Positions 18,197-28,247 of a stretch of 64,000 bases of DNA are shown here, in pieces. Numbering within the stretch: the stretch's first letter is position 1; every line of letters starts with the position of its first letter. The notes under the pieces are model-generated. The model ran no database searches, was not told where the DNA came from, and saw nothing but the letters and a program-made list of their open reading frames with translations. Source of the DNA: a virus; the IMG/VR virus record IMGVR_UViG_3300037493_001906, positions 54,099 to 118,098 of that record. One strand, 5' to 3'. The translations under genes were made by a program, and so were the position numbers.

Positions 18197-19825
18197 TTAG
18201 AATGATCCACCAGTGATTGGGTTTCTCATAACAATTTTCAATACCTTAGTAGGATCTTTCACCCAAATTGCAGGCATTGTTTGAGTCATCATGACACGGT
18301 ATCCATTGAACTGACCAGAGCTTTGGAAGCCTTGTGTACGTCCCATGTAATCCATTGTACCATTTTGATACCACCATTTTAGTTGATTATCCCAAGATAA
18401 TTTTAGCATGAAGATATTATCATTACCAGTGTCAGTGATGTCAAAGATAATGAAGCTATAAGATGACAAAGGATTACCATCAATGATTGGGTTTTCAATG
18501 TCATTTGTATGCAAGTTATCAAAAGCTGGGTTAAGAACAAACTTAACATTAGCTAAGAAAGGAATAACATAACTTGTGAACGCAAATCCAAAGTTAAGAT
18601 CCATTGCACTTGTACCATTGATAGCACCAATACCAGCGTTGCTAGCAGCTTGAATAACAAGACCTGAGTTAGCAGCTTCACGTTTGATAGCCTCATTTAC
18701 AAGACGCATACCACCCATACCTGTTTGTACAATCAATTGACGTTTTGGATCTGGTCCTTGAAATTCAACCCTACCTGCGTAGAAGTTATAAATTTCAGAG
18801 CGGAACAATTCCAAGTTGAAGTTAGATTTGTTGTATACTCTTTTGAAAGAGTTATCCAACTGTTTCCAAAGACCCACAGATAAACGCATATCATCTGGAC
18901 CATCTTGCTTAATACGTCCACCATGTCCCCACATCAAGTAGGTTTCAATGTCAGTAGCAATTTTAGTCAAGTGAGCAGCTTCCATAGAAGTAAGGAAAGT
19001 TCTGGTTAAAGTACCATTACCTACTGCACGCTTCAAATAGTCTTTACCCATTTTAGAAGCAATGTCTTCAATTTTAGTGATTGAAGGATCTAGAGTTTTA
19101 TCAAAGTTTCTCCAGATTTCAGTTACAGGAACTGTACCATCTGCATTCATACCACCTTTGATCATCATGTCAGCTTTAGAGCTGATAGAATAATGTACGT
19201 GAGCTTCAGCACCACCTACAAAGTTGTAGAATTCACGGAATCCAGCTCTTGTCTGAATATCAGAAAATCTTTCACCATATTCACCTCTTGCAGAACCTTT
19301 TCTGAAAAGTTTGGTTTGTGGTTTAATGTATTTGTTATCAAGAAACTTGTAGTTATCATTGTTAACCAACTGTACTGTGTAGATGAAACCATCTCCCATA
19401 GGAAGAATATCATCAGCAGTAATGTACATCTCCACACCATTGTATTTGTCATAAGTGATAATATCACCATGTCCAAATTCACGTTTGTTGATTTTGATCT
19501 TGAAGGTTGTACCATCAATACCTTTTTGTTGATTAGTTGATTCAATGTCTTCAAGGATATAAGGAAGATCCTGGCTAACAGGGGTCTGCCATTTATACTC
19601 ACCACGGGCATTGTCTACCATGATAATGTTTTTGCCACCAAAGGATGACAATTGATACAAAGGCATTTCTACCTTTTGTGTCATAGCCCAAATATCTACT
19701 GGACCCAAATCCATGGGTTCAGAGTCTTTAAGCATGTTTACTAAGTGGTAAGAATCCACGTGTGAACTAGCATTGTAGTTCGTATCACGAAGGAGTATAC
19801 CATTGTTTAAAACTGGAGTGCTCAT
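18197..19825 (-). CDS. Major capsid protein (HK97 fold, crAss-like)
   Basis: 542 aa; DIETYLMWG...LSVGLWKQL; codon bias of a highly expressed gene; follows portal and scaffold; ends at a terminator. Confidence 0.85.
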   Translation of the reverse strand: MSTPVLNNGILLRDTNYNASSHVDSYHLVNMLKDSEPMDLGPVDIWAMTQKVEMPLYQLSSFGGKNIIMVDNARGEYKWQTPVSQDLPYILEDIESTNQQKGIDGTTFKIKINKREFGHGDIITYDKYNGVEMYITADDILPMGDGFIYTVQLVNNDNYKFLDNKYIKPQTKLFRKGSARGEYGERFSDIQTRAGFREFYNFVGGAEAHVHYSISSKADMMIKGGMNADGTVPVTEIWRNFDKTLDPSITKIEDIASKMGKDYLKRAVGNGTLTRTFLTSMEAAHLTKIATDIETYLMWGHGGRIKQDGPDDMRLSVGLWKQLDNSFKRVYNKSNFNLELFRSEIYNFYAGRVEFQGPDPKRQLIVQTGMGGMRLVNEAIKREAANSGLVIQAASNAGIGAINGTSAMDLNFGFAFTSYVIPFLANVKFVLNPAFDNLHTNDIENPIIDGNPLSSYSFIIFDITDTGNDNIFMLKLSWDNQLKWWYQNGTMDYMGRTQGFQSSGQFNGYRVMMTQTMPAIWVKDPTKVLKIVMRNPITGGSF

Positions 19826-19865
19826 TCTTTTTTAAAATTTAGTTATTAATTAATTGATTAGTTAT

Positions 19866-20018
19866 TTATTTTTTTACTGCTCCACCTTTTTTCATAGGAG
19901 GTTTAGCTGTTTTACTTTTTTTTGTAGCAGTTTTAGATGTTTCTTCTTTTTTTGCCCATGGTGGTACCCATTTACCACCTTTTGCTGCAGCAGCAGCTTT
20001 CTTTTTTGGAGTTGCCAT
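19866..20018 (-). CDS. 50-aa basic micro-protein with MKKGG motif
   Basis: MATPKKKAAAAAKGGKWVPPWAKKEETSKTATKKSKTAKPPMKKGGAVKK*. Confidence 0.7.
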   Translation of the reverse strand: MATPKKKAAAAAKGGKWVPPWAKKEETSKTATKKSKTAKPPMKKGGAVKK

Positions 20019-20036
20019 TATATATTAAAGTTTAAA

Positions 20037-21293
20037 TTATCTTTTAAAGAAATTTTGTGAAGGTCTAGAAATACCTGATTTTTTAGGTCCACTAGATGGT
20101 TTATCTTCTTGTTCATTGTAAGAAGCATTTTTTCTACCTTCTTCAGATTTAAGTTGTCTAACTGTATTAGCTACAACTTCTTTTTTACCACCTTCTTTTA
20201 CTTTAGATTTATATCCATCTGGATCAGCAAGTAACCAAAGAGCTTCAGCAAGTAGACCATGATTTGGTTCTACATATTGATACTTCTCTAGAAGATGACC
20301 TAGTAGATTAGTTTGTTTACCAGATACTGAAGGATAGTTTGGTTGAACCAAGCCAGAGAACAATAAGTTTTGAGTTTTTCTGTCAAGCTTAATCCCATTT
20401 AAATCTCCTGGCTCAAGTGTTTTATAAACACTGTCCATATAATGTTGAGATTGTTCAGCTTGTTGTGCACGTAATTGTTCTTGTTGTTGTAGTTGATATT
20501 GGATATGTCTCTCAGATAAAGCATCTAATTTTGGTTTAAATTTATTTGCTTTATTTTCTAATTCACCTCTATCTTCCCAACCATCTATTTCTTCCTCAAT
20601 CTCATCAGGAGTACCAAAATTTGTAGCTTGGAGATAACTACGAACAATGCTTTTTTGATCATTTTCATCTGTTGTGTCTAAGGATTTAACTTCTTCTACT
20701 GCAGCAAGAGCTCTAAAGAAACCTTTAAGATCTTCTCCACCATCAGCTACATATTTTGCTGCGGCTTGAAGTTCACCAGGTAATGATTCAAAGAATTCTG
20801 CAGGAACTTGTTGACGCATCTTTTTTTCCTTTTCTTGAAAATTAGCTTCTAATAATTCTTCAAAATCTTGAAGAGTATATTTATCTAAAGGCTTATCATC
20901 ATCAAAAGGAACAAGAAGATTTTTTTCAATAAGTTTATTTGTAAGTTCTACAAGACCTGCTTTATCTATTTTAGGTCTTCCTGTAGTTTTACCTACTTCA
21001 TTATCATCATCATCTTCATCTATATTAAGCATACTATCTATTTCAGATTTTGAAACTGGAGCTTTAAACTCTTGTTTCTCATCTTCTTTAGAATCAGATG
21101 TATTACTTATATCTTCTTTTTCAATTGGTTTATCTAAAAAGGATACATCAACAGTACTTCTACTGAAGAGATTATTTTTTGATTCTTCTTTTTTGTCACC
21201 AGAAGGAAGCATGACACTATCCCCAATATTGAGGATATCATCTAGATTCATATCTACTGTTTCTACTGAAGTTGTTTCTCTATTTTCACTCAT
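20037..21293 (-). CDS. Scaffold-like acidic protein (gene preceding the MCP)
   Basis: Acidic, coiled-coil, basic C-tail; between portal and MCP. Confidence 0.65.
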   Translation of the reverse strand: MSENRETTSVETVDMNLDDILNIGDSVMLPSGDKKEESKNNLFSRSTVDVSFLDKPIEKEDISNTSDSKEDEKQEFKAPVSKSEIDSMLNIDEDDDDNEVGKTTGRPKIDKAGLVELTNKLIEKNLLVPFDDDKPLDKYTLQDFEELLEANFQEKEKKMRQQVPAEFFESLPGELQAAAKYVADGGEDLKGFFRALAAVEEVKSLDTTDENDQKSIVRSYLQATNFGTPDEIEEEIDGWEDRGELENKANKFKPKLDALSERHIQYQLQQQEQLRAQQAEQSQHYMDSVYKTLEPGDLNGIKLDRKTQNLLFSGLVQPNYPSVSGKQTNLLGHLLEKYQYVEPNHGLLAEALWLLADPDGYKSKVKEGGKKEVVANTVRQLKSEEGRKNASYNEQEDKPSSGPKKSGISRPSQNFFKR

Positions 21294-21420
21294 AGTATTT
21301 TGGTTTATTGGTTGGTTAATTTGACTGACATAATTAATATAGCAAATTTATACAAATAAACTTTATAAATTTGAATACTATACATATTTAAAATAAAATT
21401 TTGTGCACTACATAGCTAAG

Positions 21421-24192
21421 TTATTTTTTCTTTTTGCTGTTATCTTTAGCTTTCACATCAAATCTATTTTTATTTTCTTTGGCAATGTTAAGTTCCATTT
21501 GTTTCATTGCTAATTGAGCTTGAATTTTTTCTTCAGCAATCATATGTTTCTTATCACTCATCATGCTCTTATTGTTTTCTTTTTGTTGACCTAGTGCCAT
21601 AGTTTGTTGAAACTCATCTGATTGTTGAATCATACCTAATGCATCCATATAATCAGATTGCTGATTAGTATTAACATCTTGCATAGCACCATAACCAGCT
21701 GACTTAATCTCAGCAACAAGTAAATCTCTTCTTCTATCTTTTTCTTTCTCAAGACTAGATCTATCAAGCTCCATTTGTTTATCTTGAGTTCTTTGCTGCA
21801 TCTCCATCTCCTTCATTTGCTGTTCATGTTGCATTTGTTCTTGACGTTGAGTAGTAGATTTTTTCTCTGTTGCTTTAAGAACATGATTAAGTTCTGACAT
21901 GCTTTCTGCTTGCATAACATTACCAAGATCGTAAATAGTAGCACCTGTAGTATTATTAGTAACAACCAATTGTTTGAATTGCTCTAGCATGGATCTGTGG
22001 TTTGCCTTTGTAGTTGCAAAAATATTAAGATCTCTAGCTAATAAATCTGTACCATTAATTTCAAAATTAACTTTTTCATCATTAGAAGTCATGTATTGTA
22101 ATCTAACACTTGGCTTTCTTGAATGATAATACTGAGCTAAGTCTGTTCTCATTTGATGAATCCTAGGCATTAGATAATCACAATGCTGCATAAAGTAAAC
22201 TTCTGTTTGAGCAAAAGAACCTGTTACAGCTTGTTCAATACCTTTAGCAGTATCTGTTTGACCTATTTGCTGTCCCAGCCTTTGTGGTGTAATACCAATA
22301 ACTTCAAAAGCCTGATTTTTAAAGTAACTAGCTAATTGAACCCTAGATAACATTCTTTGAGTTTGTTCTAAATTCAAAGTTTGGAAGTGCTGAAAAGCTA
22401 AAGGATTTTCTGTATTAGTAATAGTTGTATCTAAGGGCAACATTTGGAAATTCTTCATTGCCACATATGCTTTGGCCAAATTGTTCTTTCCCCAGTCTTC
22501 ATTCATTGAGTGTCTAGGTAAAGCATTTTGATCAAGCAAGATTACTGTACCAAGTTCATCTACTAGAATATCTGCAATCTGATTATTTACAATATTGTAT
22601 CCAATTTGGAAAGGCTTCATAAGATCAACCATAGCTGTAGATCTAGTATTTCTATCTGAGAATACAGCTCCCTCTACAGGTAGTTTACAACCATAAAGAC
22701 TATTATCACCTTTAAATTGGAATCTTAATGGACCTGATTTGTTTTTATCAATACCAAGATACATAGGATTAATACCTCCAGGATTATTCATACCCCAGAA
22801 ACTAGGATGATTAGGTCCAATCTTAACTCCACCCCAAACTTCATTGATCCAAATCCAATCTATGTGTTCTCCAAAGATTAAATTATCTTTAGATTTGTTT
22901 TTAATTAATCTAGTATTATAAACTGGTTTATCAATTACATCATAATCCTCATCTATAATATCAGTTATTACTTCACCTGACTCAGATACTTTTGTAAGAT
23001 GACCAACTTTTCTTTGGCTTTTCCAGTAGGACGTAGTGACTCTAAGTAAAAAACTAGACCCCATAGGAGCATAATCTTCACCTTCTGCCATAATCCAATT
23101 AATAATATCACCACCAGGAGCAATACTATTGTCCCACATAGAAGTATACTGCCTATAAGCAAGGCCTGGCATAGCAGTATTCCAATCATGACCTTTTGTA
23201 GCATCGTAGTATGAACCATCATTTTGATAACCTTGTAGTGGATAACCTGCAGACCTTACAGGATAAATTGCTTCAATTGACTCTAATTGTTCTTGAGTCA
23301 TAATATAACCATACTTATCTATAACATCAGCTATAGTCATCATATCTATTCTACCTGCCCAGTTACCCTGAGAGATGTATCTATTGTCTGGTGATTTGTG
23401 GTAGAAAGATAATACAGGATTCCAAAGCTCTACTTCATAATCATCCTCACCCATTCTAAAGTGCCAGAATTCTCTATCTGTAATAAGCATATCTCTAAAA
23501 GCTCTTTCCTCAAGCTCATCCATTCTGAATCTTTCTTCATCAACTTTCATCTGATGAGATGCCCATTGTTCTACCATGGACCTATAATCTTTATCAAAAA
23601 ATCCTTGAATCTCAGGAAGAGTTTTAAGATTTTCTGGATCCATTTGTTGTTGGATTTGTTGCTGTACTTCAGGATCATTTGGATCCATGCCTTGTTGAAG
23701 CATAGCTTGTAACAACTTTGATTCAGCTTGAGAGTATAATACTTTCTCTACTTGTTGTCTTTTTGATTCAAGTTGTTCATTATAAGAAAACTCATCTACA
23801 GTTCTAAAAGTAACTTTAGTATTTCTTTTTGCAAACTCAGAAACTAATACATTAACTACATTAGGAATAATAGGATAAAATTTAAGTTCTAAAGCACTTG
23901 CATCTTCTCTTGTTAGAGTTTCTACAAGATCTCTCATCTCATTATCTTCTTCTACAATGTAATCATCTCTATCTATTACCCCTTTAGCTAACTTGTAGTT
24001 TTTCATAAGCCTGCGTGCATTCCTACGTATTTGCTTAAGACCATTCCACTCTAGCCAATCTAGATTCCAAGCTGTCCACTCAGGATCTTTTTCTTTTCTT
24101 GGTATAAACTGTATTGGTTGGGTTATAGAACCCATACGGTTATACTCTGATTTAGCTCCAGCTTTTAACTGCATTGCATTTAGAACACGCAT
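21421..24192 (-). CDS. Portal protein
   Basis: 923 aa; ELKFYPIIPNVVNVLVSE, DMLITDREFWH, GITPQRLGQ; Gln-rich C-terminal coiled coil; follows the terminase. Confidence 0.9.
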   Translation of the reverse strand: MRVLNAMQLKAGAKSEYNRMGSITQPIQFIPRKEKDPEWTAWNLDWLEWNGLKQIRRNARRLMKNYKLAKGVIDRDDYIVEEDNEMRDLVETLTREDASALELKFYPIIPNVVNVLVSEFAKRNTKVTFRTVDEFSYNEQLESKRQQVEKVLYSQAESKLLQAMLQQGMDPNDPEVQQQIQQQMDPENLKTLPEIQGFFDKDYRSMVEQWASHQMKVDEERFRMDELEERAFRDMLITDREFWHFRMGEDDYEVELWNPVLSFYHKSPDNRYISQGNWAGRIDMMTIADVIDKYGYIMTQEQLESIEAIYPVRSAGYPLQGYQNDGSYYDATKGHDWNTAMPGLAYRQYTSMWDNSIAPGGDIINWIMAEGEDYAPMGSSFLLRVTTSYWKSQRKVGHLTKVSESGEVITDIIDEDYDVIDKPVYNTRLIKNKSKDNLIFGEHIDWIWINEVWGGVKIGPNHPSFWGMNNPGGINPMYLGIDKNKSGPLRFQFKGDNSLYGCKLPVEGAVFSDRNTRSTAMVDLMKPFQIGYNIVNNQIADILVDELGTVILLDQNALPRHSMNEDWGKNNLAKAYVAMKNFQMLPLDTTITNTENPLAFQHFQTLNLEQTQRMLSRVQLASYFKNQAFEVIGITPQRLGQQIGQTDTAKGIEQAVTGSFAQTEVYFMQHCDYLMPRIHQMRTDLAQYYHSRKPSVRLQYMTSNDEKVNFEINGTDLLARDLNIFATTKANHRSMLEQFKQLVVTNNTTGATIYDLGNVMQAESMSELNHVLKATEKKSTTQRQEQMQHEQQMKEMEMQQRTQDKQMELDRSSLEKEKDRRRDLLVAEIKSAGYGAMQDVNTNQQSDYMDALGMIQQSDEFQQTMALGQQKENNKSMMSDKKHMIAEEKIQAQLAMKQMELNIAKENKNRFDVKAKDNSKKKK

Positions 24193-24193
24193 T

Positions 24194-24880
24194 TTATATA
24201 AATTTTAAATTAAACACTCCTTTTTTAATCAATCTTGTCATATGACAAGCTGATTTATGATAATATAATGCACAATCTGTTATAGATTGAAAAATTATAC
24301 CTGTATCAAAATTTTTAACTTTTTTCTTTAATTTTGAAACTCTTTTATTTATTGTTTCTTGACTATGCTTTCTTCCAAGTTGAGCTTGTCTATTTATTTC
24401 TTTTTGATAATCTGGTAATTTTTTACCAAAATTAGGATTACCTAAACCTTTTAAATGACCTGTTCTTTTAGCAATTAACTCTGAAGATTGTTTTTTACCA
24501 TACATTGGGTTTTTCTTTCCAAGTCTACTATCTGAAATCTTCTTTCTACTTTCTTGTGAGAGTTCTGTGACACCTTCACCACCATTTGTCATATTACATA
24601 ATTTTCCAAGACCTAAATCTGATCTTCCATAAGTCATAATAAATAACTTTTCTTTTGTTTCAGCTTCAGTCTGTGTAAGATTATCAAGTAAAATATTTAC
24701 AATAAAATGACCTTCACATTTATCTACTATTCGTTGCCAATAAATGTTTCTATTTTTTGTAGTATGGGCTCTTTGATATTTCCATTTTTTCTGGTATCTG
24801 CCAAGTCCAATATAAAACACATCTCCTGTATCAGGTCTTATATGTCTGTATATATAGAATATTGCATTTAGAACCTTCAT
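24194..24880 (-). CDS. GIY-YIG homing endonuclease with NUMOD3 motifs
   Basis: FYIYRH...FYIGLG...RA...E...CNMTNGGEG plus SQESRKKIS/HSQETINK repeats. Confidence 0.85.
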   Translation of the reverse strand: MKVLNAIFYIYRHIRPDTGDVFYIGLGRYQKKWKYQRAHTTKNRNIYWQRIVDKCEGHFIVNILLDNLTQTEAETKEKLFIMTYGRSDLGLGKLCNMTNGGEGVTELSQESRKKISDSRLGKKNPMYGKKQSSELIAKRTGHLKGLGNPNFGKKLPDYQKEINRQAQLGRKHSQETINKRVSKLKKKVKNFDTGIIFQSITDCALYYHKSACHMTRLIKKGVFNLKFI

Positions 24881-24881
24881 A

Positions 24882-27086
24882 TTATCTTATATTTTTAAAT
24901 GGGCTTCTTGAATGTCTCATTGATTCATTATGACTTCTTGATCTTCCAAGATGCTTAAAAGGGTTTGTATTTAATTTAAACAAATTTGCTGACTTTTCCA
25001 AGTGTTTTTTATCTAACACCTCTACTCTCTTTCTATAACCACGATTAGCTTGCTGCACTTTAGCAAAGGAAATAAGAGCTGCTAAAGCAACTAACCTATC
25101 CACGTTGATGGTATCATTATAAGATTCCATCTCTTTCATAGCCATTATATCTGGTATTCTTTCTATACCATATGATGTTTTAACAATGGTGCCATCTTCT
25201 TTAGTTTCTGTATCTATTTCTTCTCTGAGAAATTCAATAAGATAACTAAGAAGGTGAGCTTTAAAGATTGTACTAACATTTTTCCATCCATATTCTTGGA
25301 ACACATTCCTATTAGCACCTAGATCTTTAAGAAATAGTATCTGGTCTTTAGGAACAAGGTATTTTTGTTTTCTTTTAGAAATCATGTATTGGATAAACAA
25401 GGACACGTTATTCTCTATAATTGTCCATGCATTATACCACTCTATAATTAACTCTAGTCTTTGATGAGTTTTTGTAATGTCATCAAATCTACCACACCAG
25501 GCAGCTACAATCTTATCCTTTTCTATAAAGGATTCTACAGTATCTGTATCTATTCTTGTTACTTCAACTGGATTCTTATATACATATATAGAACAAAGTG
25601 AATCACTTGTTGTAGTTTTTCCTTCTGAAACTGGATCCACAGAAGCATAGTAAGTTCCCCACTCAGATTTAGGATCTGGTTTTTCCCATACTACAATAGT
25701 TCCTGTTTTATCCTCAGTCTTTTTAGAGATTGGAAAATCAGAGATAGGTAACTTATTAGTTAACTTATGCTCTACTTTACCGTCTGTAGTTCTAAATAGT
25801 TCTACAAATTCATAAGCATAATCTTTTTCTTCAATTCTTCTTTTCTGAGCTGCTACTAAGTGTTGAGGAAAAACAGAAAGTTTTCTATAAGCAAATGCTT
25901 CAGCAATATTTCTTGGATGCTGAGAAATCCTAAGTTGGTATTTTTCAGGACTAAGATCTTTCTTCCATTTTTCAAACTTAATGTTAAGAGCCTCTAAAGC
26001 TTGTTCAACTAATGAGTTTCCAAACTCATCAATGTAAGGAGGCATAGACCATTGTTCTGGAATAAAGAGACCTGACACACCTATAGTACCTTTATCATCT
26101 AATAGATTTGTCTCTACTGCATAGATACTGTGTGGTTCAGGATTAAGCATCATTTCCTTAAGAGGTTCACATTGGTCAAGATCACCCACGGATCCTGCAG
26201 CTATAAAAGTTCCTGTTGTTATATCTCCAGACTGTAAAGCAGGAAATAAATACTCTACTGTTTTGTCCATGTTAGGAGCAATCCCAGCTTCTTCATAAAA
26301 GAAGTACCTGATTGCACCACCCACTCCAGCTGTATCACTTTGTTCAAAACTAGTTCCTTGGATAGTTCCTTTAAGACCTTTGTAAGTTGACCTACCATTG
26401 TAATCTGTATCTTCAATTTGTTGTTGCCACATTAATACTTTATTAGGAGACATTGGCCTATACCAAGCTGTCTTGTCATCTAAGAAAGATTTGTATTCTG
26501 TTAGAAACTTCCATGAACCCTTATCATTTATATAATCCTTTAGACTTGCACCCATCTTTAATATAGGTGTTTCTTCAAACCAAATTTGATTAATGAATTT
26601 AGCCATATGGAAATATGATGACCCAAATTGACGTTTCTTTAGGACAGCAGCATGGGTATAGTGTAGCTCTGCTAATAGTTCATAAAGAGCCATATGATAT
26701 TGCCCATCCCAAACTTCTGGAAAGTCAAACTTCTTTTTTACTTTATCATTAATAGGTAAAAAGTTAATCCACATATAGTATTCTCTAGTGAGATACCATG
26801 TATCAGTTTTACCTTTAAAGATTACTCCAAACCTATTTTTAAGTTTTTGATCATTCCAGTATTCTCTAAAGTCTCTTGATCCTTCAGTATATGCACAAAA
26901 GTAATTTTGATGTTGAAACTTTCTAGCTTGAGCATTAAACTCAAAGGCTGTTTCATCAAAGTTATACTGTCCTGGTTCTTTAAATAAAGACTTTATAAAA
27001 TCCCTAAATTCAATCATACTACTAAAAGATGTAGTTGACCATTGACCATTTTCCCAAGTAGGTATTTCTGAATAAAAATTACTCAT
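24882..27086 (-). CDS. terL: Terminase large subunit
   Basis: KKRQFGSSY (Walker A), FFYEEAG (Walker B), YASVDPVS...DSLCS and VDRLVAL (RNase H-like nuclease). Confidence 0.9.
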   Translation of the reverse strand: MSNFYSEIPTWENGQWSTTSFSSMIEFRDFIKSLFKEPGQYNFDETAFEFNAQARKFQHQNYFCAYTEGSRDFREYWNDQKLKNRFGVIFKGKTDTWYLTREYYMWINFLPINDKVKKKFDFPEVWDGQYHMALYELLAELHYTHAAVLKKRQFGSSYFHMAKFINQIWFEETPILKMGASLKDYINDKGSWKFLTEYKSFLDDKTAWYRPMSPNKVLMWQQQIEDTDYNGRSTYKGLKGTIQGTSFEQSDTAGVGGAIRYFFYEEAGIAPNMDKTVEYLFPALQSGDITTGTFIAAGSVGDLDQCEPLKEMMLNPEPHSIYAVETNLLDDKGTIGVSGLFIPEQWSMPPYIDEFGNSLVEQALEALNIKFEKWKKDLSPEKYQLRISQHPRNIAEAFAYRKLSVFPQHLVAAQKRRIEEKDYAYEFVELFRTTDGKVEHKLTNKLPISDFPISKKTEDKTGTIVVWEKPDPKSEWGTYYASVDPVSEGKTTTSDSLCSIYVYKNPVEVTRIDTDTVESFIEKDKIVAAWCGRFDDITKTHQRLELIIEWYNAWTIIENNVSLFIQYMISKRKQKYLVPKDQILFLKDLGANRNVFQEYGWKNVSTIFKAHLLSYLIEFLREEIDTETKEDGTIVKTSYGIERIPDIMAMKEMESYNDTINVDRLVALAALISFAKVQQANRGYRKRVEVLDKKHLEKSANLFKLNTNPFKHLGRSRSHNESMRHSRSPFKNIR

Positions 27087-27291
27087 TCAATAGTGCTTTA
27101 ACTTTATCTGGATCTCCTTGAGTATTTATGACTATTTCTATTAAGGTATCTACCTTAGAAGAAATTAACACATTTTTTAATTTTCCATTAAAATAATTAC
27201 CCATGTCTTCTTTTTTAAAGACTGCCCAGTGTTTCATATAAGGATTATAATGAAACAACCATCCATATAAATCTTCCATATTATTGGTCAT
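27079..27291 (-). CDS. Hypothetical protein
   Basis: ORF track; coupled overlaps. Confidence 0.6.
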   Translation of the reverse strand: MTNNMEDLYGWLFHYNPYMKHWAVFKKEDMGNYFNGKLKNVLISSKVDTLIEIVINTQGDPDKVKALLNE

Positions 27292-27793
27292 ATGCTAATT
27301 TTTTACCACCCCTTGTCCTACCCCGTGTTTCCTCTAATTCAGCTAAAACTACTTTTTCTAGTTGTTTAAACTCCATTATAGTTTTACCTACTGATTTAAT
27401 TTGTGCACTTAAAGCTGTTATATTACCATCTCTTCCTGCAGTAATACTTGTTGTCCTAGCAAATTTACCAAGTTTTTCAAGTAAGATTTTATTATCTAGA
27501 TAGTATCTATAAGTAGGTGTAGTGTATAAAGTTTCAAGTTTATTAATTGCTGCTCTAATCTCATCATCCTCTAGTGTATAGTCACCAGGGAAATCATTAT
27601 ATATAATGTCATCTTTGTCTTCATCTGCAATATTTGCATATGGACTTTCTACATCAAATCTATAATAGAGAAAATTAAAAACAGGAATAGGATCCTTATA
27701 AAAATCATGAATTGCTTTAAGTTCAGGTATAGTTAGGCAATGATGATTAATCACTACAGTACCATTTACTATATCAAATATTTTTAATATCAT
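27281..27793 (-). CDS. Possible terminase small subunit
   Basis: 170-aa helical protein two genes before terL; C-terminus RGRTRGGKKLAYDQ; position-based. Confidence 0.4.
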   Translation of the reverse strand: MILKIFDIVNGTVVINHHCLTIPELKAIHDFYKDPIPVFNFLYYRFDVESPYANIADEDKDDIIYNDFPGDYTLEDDEIRAAINKLETLYTTPTYRYYLDNKILLEKLGKFARTTSITAGRDGNITALSAQIKSVGKTIMEFKQLEKVVLAELEETRGRTRGGKKLAYDQ

Positions 27794-27930
27794 CTTTTAT
27801 TCCAATTAATATGTATTGCAAAACATAGTATGCAAATAGTTATACTTACGTATTCTGTCATAGGAAAGCCTATACCAAACATTACTCCATCAAAGTAACT
27901 AAAATCTACTTTTAATTTATATCTAGACAT
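27790..27930 (-). CDS. 46-aa hydrophobic micro-protein
   Basis: MSRYKLKVDFSYFDGVMFGIGFPMTEYVSITICILCFAIHINWNKR*; ATGA and TAATG coupling on both sides. Confidence 0.55.
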   Translation of the reverse strand: MSRYKLKVDFSYFDGVMFGIGFPMTEYVSITICILCFAIHINWNKR

Positions 27931-28247
27931 TATATTTTCCAATTATTTATTCTATCAAGCTTTGCCCTTTGTTCTAAAGTTAAGTTATCTCTTAAAACTC
28001 TTTCCATAATAGCTTCATTAGAGCACATAATTTCATCACAGTCTGTTATTTTATGTACTTCCTTTATTGTATAAGTCTGGAACATAAAGATTCTACCAAA
28101 TAGTTTAAAACTAAATTCTTTTAAATTAGATTTAGCAGATGCTTGTAAATCAAATAACATAGGGTCATCTAATACAGAGTTAGATTGAGCTTTATGTTTC
28201 TCTATTTGCTTTTTAATAAAGTCAGGGTCTGTTGTTTTATTTATCAT
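27930..28247 (-). CDS. Hypothetical protein
   Basis: ORF track. Confidence 0.6.
   Translation of the reverse strand: MINKTTDPDFIKKQIEKHKAQSNSVLDDPMLFDLQASAKSNLKEFSFKLFGRIFMFQTYTIKEVHKITDCDEIMCSNEAIMERVLRDNLTLEQRAKLDRINNWKI

Noticed and set aside
24173-24880. Intron or intein in portal/terminase
   Set aside because: The endonuclease has its own start and stop, with 1-nt spacers and no splicing motifs.
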